DNA from: Elsinoe ampelina
Taxonomy: Eukaryota
Direction of reading: 5' to 3'
DNA length: 44,447 bases
NCBI GenBank assembly: GCA_010093995.1
Contig: ML992512.1
Location: forward strand, 529,736-574,182
A model generated the notes under the pieces. That model made no database searches, was not told where the DNA came from, and was given only the letters and a program-made list of their open reading frames with translations. The number at the start of each line of letters is the position of its first letter. Position 1 is the stretch's first letter. Position numbers and translations under genes: made by a program. Of the stretch, positions 1-12,090 are shown piece after piece.

Positions 1-893
1 AAGACGTCGGCAAAGTGAGCATCGCGTTCCTTGGGGCTCGCTGGAGGGAAATTAAACTTGATTTCTGTGTTGTCGAGGGTCGGATGGCCTTCTGGCAGCA
101 TTGGTGAGTGCGATACCACGGCTTTGACGCCATTGTCTTTGGTAGCCTTCAAGACTTCAAGCGTCGGTTCCAAGCCGCCAGTGACTACCACATGAGCTGT
201 CTGGAGCTTGACACCATCCTTCTCGATGTCGTCAACGATCTGCTTCACAACGTCCGCGTCATGGTAGTCATAGATCTTGTCCGCGCCGAGGTCTTTGATG
301 TAAGCGTGATGCTTGCTGCTGGCGGTCGCGTAGACCGTGAACCCGAGGATCTTTGCTGTCTGGACTGCAAAGGTCCCGACACTGGCAGCGGCACCCCATA
401 CTAGGATCGCCTGCTTGTCCTTTGCCGAATGCCTGGTGTCGAGAGGGATGCCAACAGTCGTATAGGCAGTGAGAGCAGTCAACGCGGCGACTGGGAGAGA
501 AGCACCTTGCTCGAAGCTCAGCTGCTCTGGTAGCACGACTACGCACTCACTTTGCGCAAGAGCAAACTGTTGAAAAGCGCCATATTCAGGTCGACCATCT
601 TGGTAGAACGCCGAGGCAAAGGCAAAGACGCGAGTGCCAGGCTGCGGAGCGCTGGATGGGACCGCAGAGCCAACCTTGACTACTACACCAGCAGCATCTG
701 AGCCGAAACACGCAGGGTAGGAAGAAACGGGTGGCATGCCATAGTCGCGCTGGTAGTAGTCCACCGGGTTGATTGCCACGGCTTTGACTTCGATGAGGAT
801 CTCATTGGCTCCAGGTGTAGGGGTCTCTCGCTCCTGAATCGTGAGAGGTTCTCCCTTCTGCAGTGAGACTGCCGCTAGGTGTTTACCGGACAT
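1..893 (-). CDS. MDR-superfamily enoyl-reductase-like oxidoreductase (LovC/ToxD/zeta-crystallin-like); 3' end lies beyond the window
   Basis: Not in the ORF track because there is no stop in the window. Hand translation from ATG at 893: MSGKHLAAVSLQKGEPLTIQERETPTPGANEILIEVKAVAINPVDYYQRD...FGSDAAGVVVKVG...YGAFQQF...ILVWGAAASVGTFAVQTAKILGFTVYATAS...LGADKIYDY. This shows the GroES-like N-domain, the NPVD motif and the Rossmann GxxxxVG motif. Confidence 0.9.
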   Translation of the reverse strand, partial: MSGKHLAAVSLQKGEPLTIQERETPTPGANEILIEVKAVAINPVDYYQRDYGMPPVSSYPACFGSDAAGVVVKVGSAVPSSAPQPGTRVFAFASAFYQDGRPEYGAFQQFALAQSECVVVLPEQLSFEQGASLPVAALTALTAYTTVGIPLDTRHSAKDKQAILVWGAAASVGTFAVQTAKILGFTVYATASSKHHAYIKDLGADKIYDYHDADVVKQIVDDIEKDGVKLQTAHVVVTGGLEPTLEVLKATKDNGVKAVVSHSPMLPEGHPTLDNTEIKFNFPPASPKERDAHFADV

Positions 894-1103
894 CGTGTGA
901 GTGCGAGCAAATGCGACGCCTTGCGATTGGTGATTGTATGAGTACCGGTGTGGTCGAAAAGCAGCAAGAAATGCAATCGGACTTGAGGCACCATACAGCT
1001 CTTTATGGGAATTTCCGTCAAACAATTCATGCATTCATGGACTTACCATACATGCTTACAACGTGGGATGACCACATGAAAGACCAGAGTAAGCACACTA
1101 GTG

Positions 1104-1133
1104 CGGAGTTACCGGTATAGTATGGAGTTACGG
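1104..1133. promoter_or_regulatory. Candidate Zn2Cys6 binding site(s) in the divergent MDR/epoxide hydrolase promoter
   Basis: CGGAGTTACCG (CGG-N5-CCG) at 1104-1114. GGAGTTAC is directly repeated at 1105-1112 and 1124-1131. Confidence 0.3.
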
Positions 1134-1358
1134 GATGGAGATAGGCGGAGCGCTGACACACCTAGAGCAAGACATAACAACTCTTCACATTGTTATTCCT
1201 GACACAAACAATTCTAGAATTATATCGACGAATTCACATTCGCCTTCGCGGTCAGGGATTGTAGCTGATCAAGGTCTTGTCGTGTCTAATCAGCTGTTCT
1301 TCCGCGCACCGTCTTAGAAACACATGGTAAAGCCACCCAAGAAAGAGTATCCTCCATA

Positions 1359-2574
1359 ATGGCCAACGGCACCATTTCTCCTTTCCACCTATCGATCCCT
1401 CAAGCCGATCTCGACGACTTACAAACACGTCTTCGGCTGACTCGCTGGCCAGTCAGAGAGACTGTCGAGGACTGGTCTCAAGGCGTCCCGCTATCAGCGA
1501 TACAAGAGCTCTGCACTTATTGGCAGACAAAATACAATTGGCGGCGATGTGAAGACCTGCTTAACTCGTATCCTCAGTTTACGACCACCATCGACGGTGG
1601 GGATATCTATTTCCTGCACTTTCGTTCGAAGCACGAAGATGCTTTGCCTATGCTCATTACACACGGCTGGCCTGGCTCTGTCTTGGAGTTCAGGCATGTA
1701 GTCCCCAGACTTGTCAATCCGGAGGCTCATGGTGGCACCTCTGAAGACGCCTTTCATCTCGTCATTCCCGCACTTCCTGGACATGCCTTCTCTAGCAAAC
1801 CCACAGGTACAGGCTGGAATTACCACAGAGTTGCACGAGCATGGGGGACGTTGATGGAGCGACTTGGCTATAGTGACGGCGGATGGGTTGCCCAGGGTGG
1901 TGACTGGGGTTCTCACGTTACCTCGAGCCTTGGTCACCAAGCACCTAAAGGACTGGAAGGTGTCCACATGAATTCGATCTATTTCGAAACCAAGGTAGAT
2001 TCCATGTTTGAAGGCTATTTTTTTGCAGGTATCCTAAGTGTATTCATAGAAAGAGATTCAGACTCCAGCGAAGGATAAGAAAGGCGAGGAGCGAGCCATG
2101 CACTACGAACGTCATCGTGAAGCCTTTGGATATCGTGGATACTCTGGCCAACAATCCACCAGACCTCAGACTCTTGGTTACGGGCTTGCAGATTCACCTG
2201 TCGGCCAAGCCAGCTGGATCTACGAGAAGTTCAGAGACTGGTCTCAACACGATGGTGACGTTGGTACCGTCTTCAGCAAAGACGAGATGCTCGACACGAT
2301 CATGCTGTACTGGCTGACCAACTCAGCCACTTCTTCAGCACGATTCTACTGGGAGAACAAACCTAACACGACAGCATGGTCGATCGACTTGCCGGTGGGG
2401 ATCAGCTGGTTCCCGGGGGACACGAGCTATGCGCCTAGAGAGTGGTGCGAGCGGTACTGGAAGAATATTGTATACTGGAACGAGACAGAAAGGGGCGGTC
2501 ACTTTGCGGCATGGGAGCAACCGGAGTCGTTTGTTGCAGAGATCAGGGCGTGGAAGAGTAAGCTCGAGCTGTAG
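1359..2574 (+). CDS. Epoxide hydrolase (EHN/microsomal-type alpha/beta hydrolase); exons 1359-1994, 2050-2574
   Basis: HGWP oxyanion motif, QGGDWG nucleophile Asp, candidate lid Tyr residues (GYSGQQSTRP, ARFYWE), WFPGD acid and GGHFAAWEQP catalytic His. A 55-bp GT..TAG intron joins ORFs 1359 and 2098 in frame. Confidence 0.93.
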
Positions 2575-3001
2575 ATATCCTTCATGACCTCCAAAGAGCA
2601 TCGGAGGTTTGAAACAGATTCGTCTAGCACATCCAATCTCATCGGTGGTGATCTATGCCGCTGTTTAAAAACATACGCCCTGTCTTCCACAGATCGAGCA
2701 GCTCTTTCCCTGCGACCCGTGAAAATGACTTAGCCTAATCATGAGCAACACATAATACACATCAAAAGCTTGTTGACACGAAAGTCCGGAAATGCTAACA
2801 TCCGTGAATCTGACGGTCGTACAAGCAAGGGACAGAGCTCGGGTCAAACCAACGCGCGAGGGGCAACCCCTCCACGCTTCACACTCGCACAACACCACAC
2901 CTCCCCTCCCGTCTCCTTGATCCCACTTCTTTCCCCTCCCCTCTTCCCTCTTCTCCCCACCATTCCCATCCCACCCTCAATCCCAAGCTTCACCGCCCAT
3001 C

Positions 3002-3842
3002 ATGTCCTACCACTCCACCTCGGGCAAATCCGAACTAATCTCGCGGGGCGACAAAGGCCCCTCCCCCATAGGCACAGGGCTCTTCATCGGCCTGCGCACC
3101 GCCGACATCCTCCTCCAATACGCCATCCTGCGACACGACTACGGCTCCCGCCTGATCAGCTTCCTCGGCTCCAGCACGCTCCCCCACGGCGGTGGCGCCC
3201 CCCCCTCCCCGGCCCTCCTCCCCCTGGGCCTCTCCCCCTACCGCCTCCTCCTGCTCTCCTTCGCCGCCGGCTCGGCGCTCAAGCAGAATCTCTGGCTTGT
3301 GGGCCTGAGTTACGAGCGCATGCGGCCCGGTGCCAGCGTGGCGGTGAGTGCGTTCAATACCGTGGTCAATTCGGTCAATGATCTGCTTTTCATCTGTGCC
3401 GGGACGAGCGCGAGTGTGAACGGGGAGGCGTTTCCGCAGGCGCCGGTGCTGGTCGGGGCGGGGTTGTATGTGTTGGGCATGGCGGTGGAGACGTGGAGTG
3501 AGGTGCAGAGGTGGAGGTTTAAGCGGGATGAGAGGAATAGAGGGAAGGTGTATCAGGGGGGACTGTTTGGGGTGGCGAGGCACGTGAATTATACGGGGTA
3601 TCTGATGTGGAGGGTTGGATATGCGGTTGCTGCTGGGGGGTGGACTTGGGGGGCGGTGAATGTGGCGTTTTATTTGTTCAATTTCTCAAGGGCGATTCCG
3701 CCATTGAATCATTATTGTGAGGAGAGGGTGAGTAGGGGTGCTTCGTGGAAAGGAAATATGGCTGACATTCGGCAAGTATGGCGAGCAGTGGGAGCAGTAC
3801 AAGCGCAATACGCCGTACAAGATGATTCCGTACATCTATTAA
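3002..3842 (+). CDS. DUF1295 / steroid 5-alpha-reductase-like membrane protein; exons 3002-3727, 3777-3842
   Basis: Several TM segments, plus ETWSEVQRWRFK and GLFGVARHVNYTGY motifs. A GTGAGT...GCTGAC...AAG intron gives the C-terminus YGEQWEQYKRNTPYKMIPYIY*. Confidence 0.85.
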
Positions 3843-3901
3843 GTAGTGGTATCTCGGGTCGTCAAATCTATCGGGTCCAGTCCATCCCAGCTCTTGGTCA
3901 T

Positions 3902-4986
3902 CTATTTGCTCCGCTTGTAGATCTTGCGAAGGAACTCTTCAAACACTTCTTTCTTGAGGCCTTCACTCTCGTCCACGTTTGCGATCAGCTTCTTGATCGC
4001 GCCCACACGCTCCTCCTCGTACTCGTGGTAGACCTTGTCGAGCTTGAGCTCCTCAAACACCTTCTTTACTGTTGCCTCGTTGTCCTTGTTCTTCCTGCCG
4101 TAGTTTTCTTCCAGCACCTTTCTCTGCTCCGGGCTCGCCTTCTTGAGCGCCTGATTGATCAGCCAGCTGCACTTGTTGTCCATGATGTCCGTCCCAATCT
4201 TGCCCAGTGTTTCTGGATCCGCGTAGTTGTCGAGGTAGTCGTCCTGCACTTGGAAGTACTCCCCCATTGGAATCAGGATATCCTTTGCTTGCTTCAGATT
4301 CTTCTCCGTCGCCAATTCGCAGTAGTACAGCGCTAGCGCCACGGGCAGATAGAATGAGTAGAAGGCCGTCTTGTAGATTACAATGAAGCTATACTTCTCC
4401 AAGCTAAAATTGTCCAGGTCCACCTTGTCCTCTGGCGCTGTGAGCAGATCGCACTGCTGTCCCATCTCTGTTTGAAAAGACACCTCGTGGAATAGCTCGA
4501 TCAGATCGACGTAGTGTTTTGATTGCCGGAAGTACTTTTTGAGGAGGAGATATATCGAGGTCTCGAGCATGAATGCGTCGTTGATCGCGACCATACCCAC
4601 TTGCGGCATGAGGTACCAGCAGGGTGAGCCGCGGCGCGTTTTCGAGCTGTCCATGATATCGTCCGAGACTAAGAAGAAGGCTTGGAGTAGCTCGATCATC
4701 CAACCCAAGGTTGCAGATTTGAAGTATTCGTCTTTGCTAAGTGGGCGGCCGAGAAGGAAGGAAGAGGTATCGACAACCGACATGCCGCGATTGCATTTGC
4801 CGCCGACAGTGTTGTGAACGAGAGACTGAGGTGTCAGGGATAGTCACGACATGCAATTGGAATACTGCTTACCTTGCGGAACCATTCCAGGGGTTGCTCA
4901 GGCAGGTTGGACTGTTTGCATATTGCCGTCAGGTCCTCCACGAGCTGGGGGAAGACGGCCTCGAATTCCTTCAGTGTTGTGGGCAT
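3902..4986 (-). CDS. ERG20: Farnesyl diphosphate synthase; exons 4873-4986, 3902-4825
   Basis: [21 protein letters not shown] (aromatic residues upstream, FPP-length type), [26 protein letters not shown] and the C-terminal KRSK. One 47-bp GTAAG..CAG intron. Confidence 0.97.
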
Positions 4987-5284
4987 CTTGAGAGCCTCTG
5001 AAAGCCGCAGAGAGAGTGCTGAAGGGCGCGTCGAACTGAGTCTGACTGGTGTAAACGTCAAGCAGCGACGACAAGTTGTAACCGAGTTGAAGAACAGAGC
5101 AATGCGACTTTCAAAGCTGTGATGGTGCTTCAACAAAATATCGTCCCACTTCTTTCCAGGGACGTCGGCAATTGTCGGCCCGGGCAGCACTGTGTTCCTG
5201 CATGACTTTGTTAAGCAAGTTTAACCGCGTTTTGTTAAAGGCGCGTTTCTGGCGCACAAGAGCTTCACCATCGACACATGCAAA

Positions 5285-5313
5285 TCACGAAGTCACGAGG
5301 TTACGAATTACGA
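5285..5313. promoter_or_regulatory. Tandem array of four TYACGA hexamers in the ERG20/CDC23 divergent promoter
   Basis: TCACGA at 5285 and 5293, TTACGA at 5301 and 5308 (spacing 8, 8, 7). Confidence 0.4.
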
Positions 5314-5426
5314 CTTTACCTGGGCGTTTTCTTAGTTTGGCAGTCATCAGGAACTGAAACCCTGTAATTAAGAGGTCTACGCTCTTTGCGCTATTTCATT
5401 ACTCGTCCCGAATACTGGATCCAGCA

Positions 5427-7480
5427 ATGGCAGGCGGTCTCTCAGTAAGCCAATTGCGTGGTATTGAGCGTAACTTGCAAAAGACGGTGGTAGATTGCAA
5501 TGACAGGTGTCTATACAATGCTTCGAAATGGTCTGATCATTTTCCTCGTGCCTCATCTTGACATCGCTGATGGTAAGCAGGGCCGCGGAGCTGCTCAATT
5601 CATTTCCAGACGAGTTTGATCGAGACTCGGAGGATGATACGGACATCGAAGATGCAGACGACGAAACCTCCAAGGACAATGCATCAAGACCGACAGATGT
5701 GCAGGAAGCAAAGCTGCAGCGGCGAGAGCGTAACAAGTTTATGATGGCAAAGTCGTTCTTCGATTGCAAGGAGTATGATCGATGTGCTGTAACACTATTG
5801 CCAACACTGCTTCCTCAACAACCGATCAATCGAGATCCTCCAGTACCCGTGACGCCAGGCAAAGGCAAGGTCAAAGTTACTGCGTCCCCTAGACCACCTC
5901 GAACATGGAAACCAGATTTGCCAGAGATGAGCCAACGATCGCTCTTTTTAGCACTCTATGCTCGATACATTGCGGGTGAGAAGCGAAAGGAAGAAGACAG
6001 TGAGATGATTCTCGGGCCCTCAGATGGCCCAGTCACAGCAAACAAGGAGCTCTCTACCATAGCTGGTCTATTGGAAGACTACTTCAAGCAACGTGAAAGC
6101 GAACAACCAATCAAACGAAAGTCAGACGGCTTCCTAGAATACCTGTACGGCATCGTCCTCGTCAAGTCTCGCAACGAAGCCCTTGCCAAACATTGGCTTC
6201 TTCGCTCTGTCACCCTCAACGAATGGAATTGGTCGGCCTGGGTGGAGCTCGGCTCTCTCATATCCACGGTCGAAGACCTAGCAGCCATAACACCTCACCT
6301 TTCCCCCGGCCTCCCCTCCTTCATCTTCCAGATTTATATCTCTCAAGAACTATACCAAACCTCTGCAGCTCTTTACAACCGCCTCGACACCCTCCTCAAC
6401 CTCTTCCCTACCTCTGCCTTCCTCCTCACCCAACGCGCCCTCCTCCACTACCACGCCAAAGACTTCGACACCGCGTCACACATCTTCTCCAGCCTGCTGA
6501 CCACCCACCCCTACCGACTCGACAGCATGGAAATCTACTCCAACATCCTCTACGTGCTCCCCACCTCCCGCCCGCGTCTCTCCCACCTCGCGACCCTCGC
6601 CTCCTCCACCGACCGCTTCCGCCCCGAAACCTGCGTCATAATCGGGAACCACTACTCCAAGTCCTCCGAACACGAAAAAGCCGTCATCTACTTCCGCCGC
6701 GCCCTCGCCCTCGACCGCACCTTCCTCTCCGCCTGGACTCTAATGGGGCACGAGTACATCGAGCTCAAAAACACCCAAGCGGCCATCGAGTCCTACCGCC
6801 GCGCGGTGGATGCGAATCGCAAGGACTACCGCGCCTGGCACGGCCTCGGCCTTGGGTACGAGTTAATGGACATGCACTCCTACGCGCTGTACTACTACAA
6901 CAAAGCAGCTGCCCTCCAGCCTTGGGACCCCAAGATGTGGGCCGCGGTGGGGTACAGCTATGAGCGATGCGGCAAGGCGGAGAACGCGATCCGGGCGTTC
7001 AAGCGCGCTCTCGGAGCGGCGAGTATGCTCGACTCCCCCAATGCGGGCGGCGCGGGGCAGGGCGCGAGTTTCAACACCAACTCGTCCGGGGAGACGGATC
7101 CGTTGGCGGCGTGTGTTGGGGGGAGGTTGGATCCGGACGTGCTCCATCAGATCGCGTTACTGTATGAGGGCCTGGACGAGGTGGGGGAGGCGGCGGCTTA
7201 TATGGAGCTTTGTCTTGCGCAGGAGGAGGGGGCGGAGGAGGACGAGGGCGTAGGAGCAGGGACCGGCGCGGGCGCGGGACTGGGGGTGACGTTGACGACG
7301 AGTAAAGCCCGGCTGTGGCTGGCGAAATGGGCGTTCAGTCGGGCCGAGTGGAAGAGGTGTGTGGAGTTGGCGAATGAGTTGTGTCAGGATGGGTTTGAGG
7401 TGGAGGAGGCGAAGGGGTTGATCAGGGATGTGAGAGGGAGGATGGGGGCCGAAGGAGGGGAGGAGAGTTTTCTTGGTTAG
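5427..7480 (+). CDS. CDC23: Anaphase-promoting complex subunit 8 (Cdc23/Cut23); exons 5427-5530, 5581-7480
   Basis: Spliced N-terminus ...DRCLYNASKW|AAELLNS, AKSFFDCKEYDRC, and a TPR array including AWTLMGHEYIELKNTQAAIESYRRAVD and DYRAWHGLG. Confidence 0.96.
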
Positions 7481-7673
7481 ATGCCCACGAATAACACATG
7501 TCATGAGAACCAAAGATGTATAGTGTGATGTACATTGTACGATTATCTCCCATTTGTAACTTCCGTACCGAAACGATATCCCCCCGTCCAATCTGTCTTC
7601 CCCTCTCCCTTCCCCTATTGTTCTGTTCATCCCCTCCCCTTCCCTCCCTTCACCCTCCTCATACCCCCCCCAT

Positions 7674-8423
7674 CTAAACAAAACACAACGCCACAGCAGC
7701 CACCACACTCAACCCCACGGCCGCCCACCCACTCCTCTGCACACTCAGATTATTCACCCCCCTGCCCAAATCCCACATCAAATGCCTCACCCCATTAAAA
7801 CTATGATACGTGAAGAAAAACGCAAACGGCAGCTTGACCGCGGTCTTGGCCAACAGCCCCCACTTGGCGATCCCCGCCGCCATCACCGCGGTGCCCACCT
7901 GCCACCCGAACAGTGGCGCGACGAGGTACAGCGCGCCGTAGACGTAGAAAGCGCCCGACAGCATGGAGCCCGTGATGCGGTTGAGCGCCGAGCCGTACCA
8001 GGTGATTTGGGGTCTGTAGATGCTCAGGTGGGGAGCGACGGGGCGTTGGAGGCGTTGGCGCGCGAGGATCGAGGTTTGTTCTTCTGTGGTGGAGATTTTG
8101 GCGGTTTCGACGAGTCTGGGAGGCGGGGGAGGTTAGAGGGAGGTTGCTGGGTGAGGGGAAGGGGGTCGTGGGAGGGGTGGTGGAGGGTGGAGAGGGGATG
8201 GCTGGCTGGCTCTTGTGATGCGGTGGGAGGGCATGGGAGGGGGGTTACCTTCGCTGGCTGCTGTTGACTGTGCTGGCGATGATGGCGGCGGGGGTGCGGG
8301 AGAGGAGGGAGCTGCCGGGCTGGGTAGCCACTGTGAGACCGTCAGTACGAGTGGTGAGCGTGAAGGAGGTACATTCGACGTACGCCGGCGTGTGCTCTGT
8401 TGCATCAATCGTTGGGCAAGCAT
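7674..8423 (-). CDS. SDH3: Succinate dehydrogenase cytochrome b560 subunit; exons 8384-8423, 8249-8330, 7674-8115
   Basis: Mitochondrial presequence, LARQRLQRPVAPHLSIYRPQITWYGSALNRITG, YHSFNGVRHLMWD and three TM helices. Both introns are canonical and keep frame. Confidence 0.95.
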
Positions 8424-8982
8424 TGTGATGGACTGCGACGGTGTGGTGGTTGTGTCGTGTGGTCAATAGGTATGGATTTGGTGATGGAGGTTTAAGCCGA
8501 GGACCGGAATCGAGATGCCAAGCCTGACGGACAGCATCACGTCGATGTTGATTGGTCTATTGGACCGGCTTCGAAACGGGAAGCAGAGCCGCACAGCTCT
8601 GCACGGCAGGCACTTTGTTGATGGGATTGCATGTGCTGGCATGCATATGCCATAAAAGGAAGCTCAGACAAAAATGTACGGATATATGCCCAGATCGTAG
8701 TTCAAATTATTTGCAGGCACGGCCTGCTTCAGCCGTAGAAAGATACATGCGTCCATGGGGGCATCAAATTGTCGTTTCCGCCTGCCGTCATCCTATGTAC
8801 CCAACCAGACACATCCTCTCCAGTGTTCTATGTCATTGACTGCAGAAGCAGCCTGTCCGACCTGGCCATGGTCAGAGTGAGCCTCTACTTGAATGTCCCA
8901 GCCGGCGATCGATGAAGGCTCGCGATAGCCGTCGTGACCACCGACCGACGTTGAGAAGTATCTTGTTTCGTAGACGGTGTCG

Positions 8983-10935
8983 CTACGACGGTCTTGCTGC
9001 TCGCTTGCTGCCAGATGACCTGAATTTATTAGTCCATGTTGCATAGCGGCTGCAAGACAAATACTCACATGCTGATTCTCCTGGCGATACCTTGCACCTT
9101 GGTGTCATTGTCTGCATCCTTGACCGCCTTCTTGAGAGCTTCCTCCCTCGTCTGTGCGTGACTCCTTTCGACTTCATCGTGGCTCGGAGGAAGTCGCTCG
9201 TTCTGCAGATCCACCTTCCTCGCATCTTCAAAGTTGGTGATGGCTGCCTTGATGCCCTCTGCTCCCAACATGAGGGTCCCTGCTGGTAGACGGCCGCCGC
9301 TTGCAGTCTTGAGCTCGGTAACGCTCTCAGATTCCTCACGCAGGACCTGGAAGACACGCGACAAACGACCAATGGCCAGGATCTTGTTCTTGATGGCACG
9401 ACGCTTGTACTCTTGACTGTCCGGGTCCATACCAGCCATATTCGGGTTGATCGGCGGAGAGGAAGGACCTGATGATAGAGGTGTCTCATCGTCAAGCTCC
9501 TCCTTGGAGCATGTATTCAGAATTGCAATAAGCATGTCAGTGATCTTCTCGCCGACAAAAGGAAGCGACCATGTAAAGACATCCATGAAGTTGGGCAGCC
9601 AGTACGGATGCGGTGTGCAGTTGAATTGCCGAATATTCATGACATTGTTCTCGTACTTCAGCACCGCTGCTTTGTTGTTGTAGACATCGAGGTAGTTTGG
9701 GGCTGAGAAGATGGTCATGACCGAGGGGAAACCAGTTGTCCGTGTCTTGCGGTACATCCTGTAGCCAGCGTCCTGCGCTTCGTGTGCTCGGATGATGGAA
9801 AGAAGGTTATTCTTTTCCAAGAATGCGCATGCAGCGGGGTATGAGAAGAAGTAAGAGCATCCTCGGACATGGTTATGGATGAAGTATTCCTGCGTCTTTT
9901 CCTGACCAAAATCTTCCAGCGGATCTGCCCAAAGGATATCGCACATGAGGCCGTGTGTGGGGGGTTCGCGGAAACGGTTGATCTGGCCGATTTGTTAGAA
10001 TATGCATTGAAAGCTTGGGACAGATGACCTACGCTCTTCAAATCCTCGAGGGTGTGCAGCTCCGGACTCAGACCACCATGGATGCAAAGGAACTGTTTGT
10101 TCATGACTGCGGCCAGAGGCAGAGCACAGAAAGACTCCATGCATGCCTCGTACACGGCTTCTGAGTACTTGTGTTTGCACTCGAGCTTGAAAGTAAAGTA
10201 GTCTGTCAAGTGGCGACACTCGTGGTTGCCTCGAAGAAGCCAGAGAGTGTTTGGGTACCAGATTTTGAGCGACCAGAGGTAGAGGACACACTGTGGATAG
10301 TCAGTCTTCGCTGCAGTGCAGTAAAAAAGGCCGGCACTTCCGTACCTCTATACTGAAGTATCCTCTGTCCACGTAGTCTCCCAAGAACAAATATCTTGTC
10401 TCTGCTGGATCACCTCCAACTTCGAAGAGCTTCATCAGGTCAAAGTATTGTCCATGAACATCACCGCAGACTGTGATGGGTGCATCCATCTCCAGCAGAT
10501 TCGGCTCTTCACTCAACACCTCTGTGCCCTTCTTGATGATCCACAAGGCTTGATCCTCGGTCAGCCTGCCCTCGCGGTAGAAGTGCTGTTTCAGAAACTG
10601 AATGTTTGGCTTGGATCTGTCTTGGGGGGAGAAGAACTGCTCGTCGGTAGGGGTGTGGAATGCCGGAGCTTGTACATCTACGGTCTCGTCAGCGCTTCTG
10701 CTCGCCAAAGATGTTTCTGCGAAGGCTGTGTCGTGTGCTACTATCTTTCTGTGTGAAAGAGATTGTACTGAGTCGTGAACGAACCTTTGCAGACTCGTTC
10801 AAGAGTGCTGACTTGATTGCCGTCCTCCATAGTATGCAGGGTAAAGTCGATTTCCGGGATTGGCCTCTTGTTGGTGACCGCCCTGACCGCGGAGTCGATG
10901 TACTCCCGGTCCTGGCCAGGTTGAGAAGTATCCAT
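8983..10935 (-). CDS. cnaA: Calcineurin catalytic subunit A (PP2B), about 563 aa; exons 10785-10935, 10346-10677, 10033-10290, 9069-9982, 8983-9019
   Basis: GDVHGQ, GDYVDRG, RGNHE, SAPNYLD, CnB-binding [23 protein letters not shown], CaM-binding [15 protein letters not shown] and autoinhibitory [16 protein letters not shown]. Exon lengths sum to 564 codons. Confidence 0.98.
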
Positions 10936-12090
10936 GCTGGGCTGCGACTGTTTCCGGTTGTCACGTTATTGTACTCTGTGTTTGATGGTTGGCTGGAACG
11001 AGTTGTGATTGTAGGTCTCGTCGCAGGAATAGAGCCTCGGAGGCAGTGGCGGTAGAGCTAGCTCTCGAGCTGAAGCCGGTCCAGCTGATTCGAGGAAATG
11101 CCCTGTCGATTGACCACTGGATATCACTGGTACACTTTGAGATCCTTCTGAACAGTCTCTGATAGTTTGACCGTAGGCACTTGAAAATTCGCTCAAGTCA
11201 AAGTAGTGGGGTGATGATGAGCTCGCAAGGCAATCGAGGCCAAGTTTCGTGTGTGGATTGCGGCCAGCGGTCTCAGGCTCGGGCTCTCTCAGCAAAGCAG
11301 AAGCAGGGGCCGAAAATGCGGGCAGGCGGCGCGCGCCAAGGAAGGCCCTCGGTCACTGTCATCGCGTCTTATTCTTTGGTCGCTGGACCCCTCGAAGCTG
11401 AGCTCTGTCCTTTTGACACCAACTCAGGGCTGAACCGTGCCCTAGCAAATCACCAACATCGTGTTACAGAGTCTGCGACTTCATGTCCCAAGACTCGTCC
11501 CCTGTCATTCACAGGCATCATCACCATTGATCCCTCTCGACCTCGGTCTGCCCGTCTGACACGACGTAGACAAGGCCCTTGTCCAGACATGTGAAAGAGC
11601 ACAAAGACACCGAACAATCCCCTTCACGTCACACAAAGAATCGTCACAACGCAAGAAGGAACAATGAACATCTGGCGAACATTCGCGTGTATTTGTCAGA
11701 CCTCAAAGGCCCAAGCTATCTAAGTCTGTACTCTGGATACTGTATCCGCGTCAATACTCCGGACCAATCATTGTGTCGGAGTCTACTCCATCAGATCCAC
11801 AAGAATCTCTCAATGATCAAAATGCGTGCCAGAAAATTGCACAAGTTCATCACCATGAGCCGGATCCGAATCCATGCCAACAGTCTCCCAGCGCCCAGCA
11901 TCAGAAAACCCATGCTCCACCGGATCCGATCCGTTTCTGCCCATGCGATGAAGAAGAAAAAGGGGTATGTATGAAGTGAAGTGAATGCGCCGCCGATTGA
12001 TATTTGTTTTCTTGTGCAGGCCGTCTCAAATGAAATGTAAAGTCGTCATTGTCGCGTCTCTCATCCTAAGATATGTGGGTTGGAAAGAAT

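Noticed and set aside
3728..4336. C-terminal extension of the 444-aa ORF 3002-4336
   Set aside because: It reads through an intron and then runs antisense to ERG20. The spliced gene stops at 3842.
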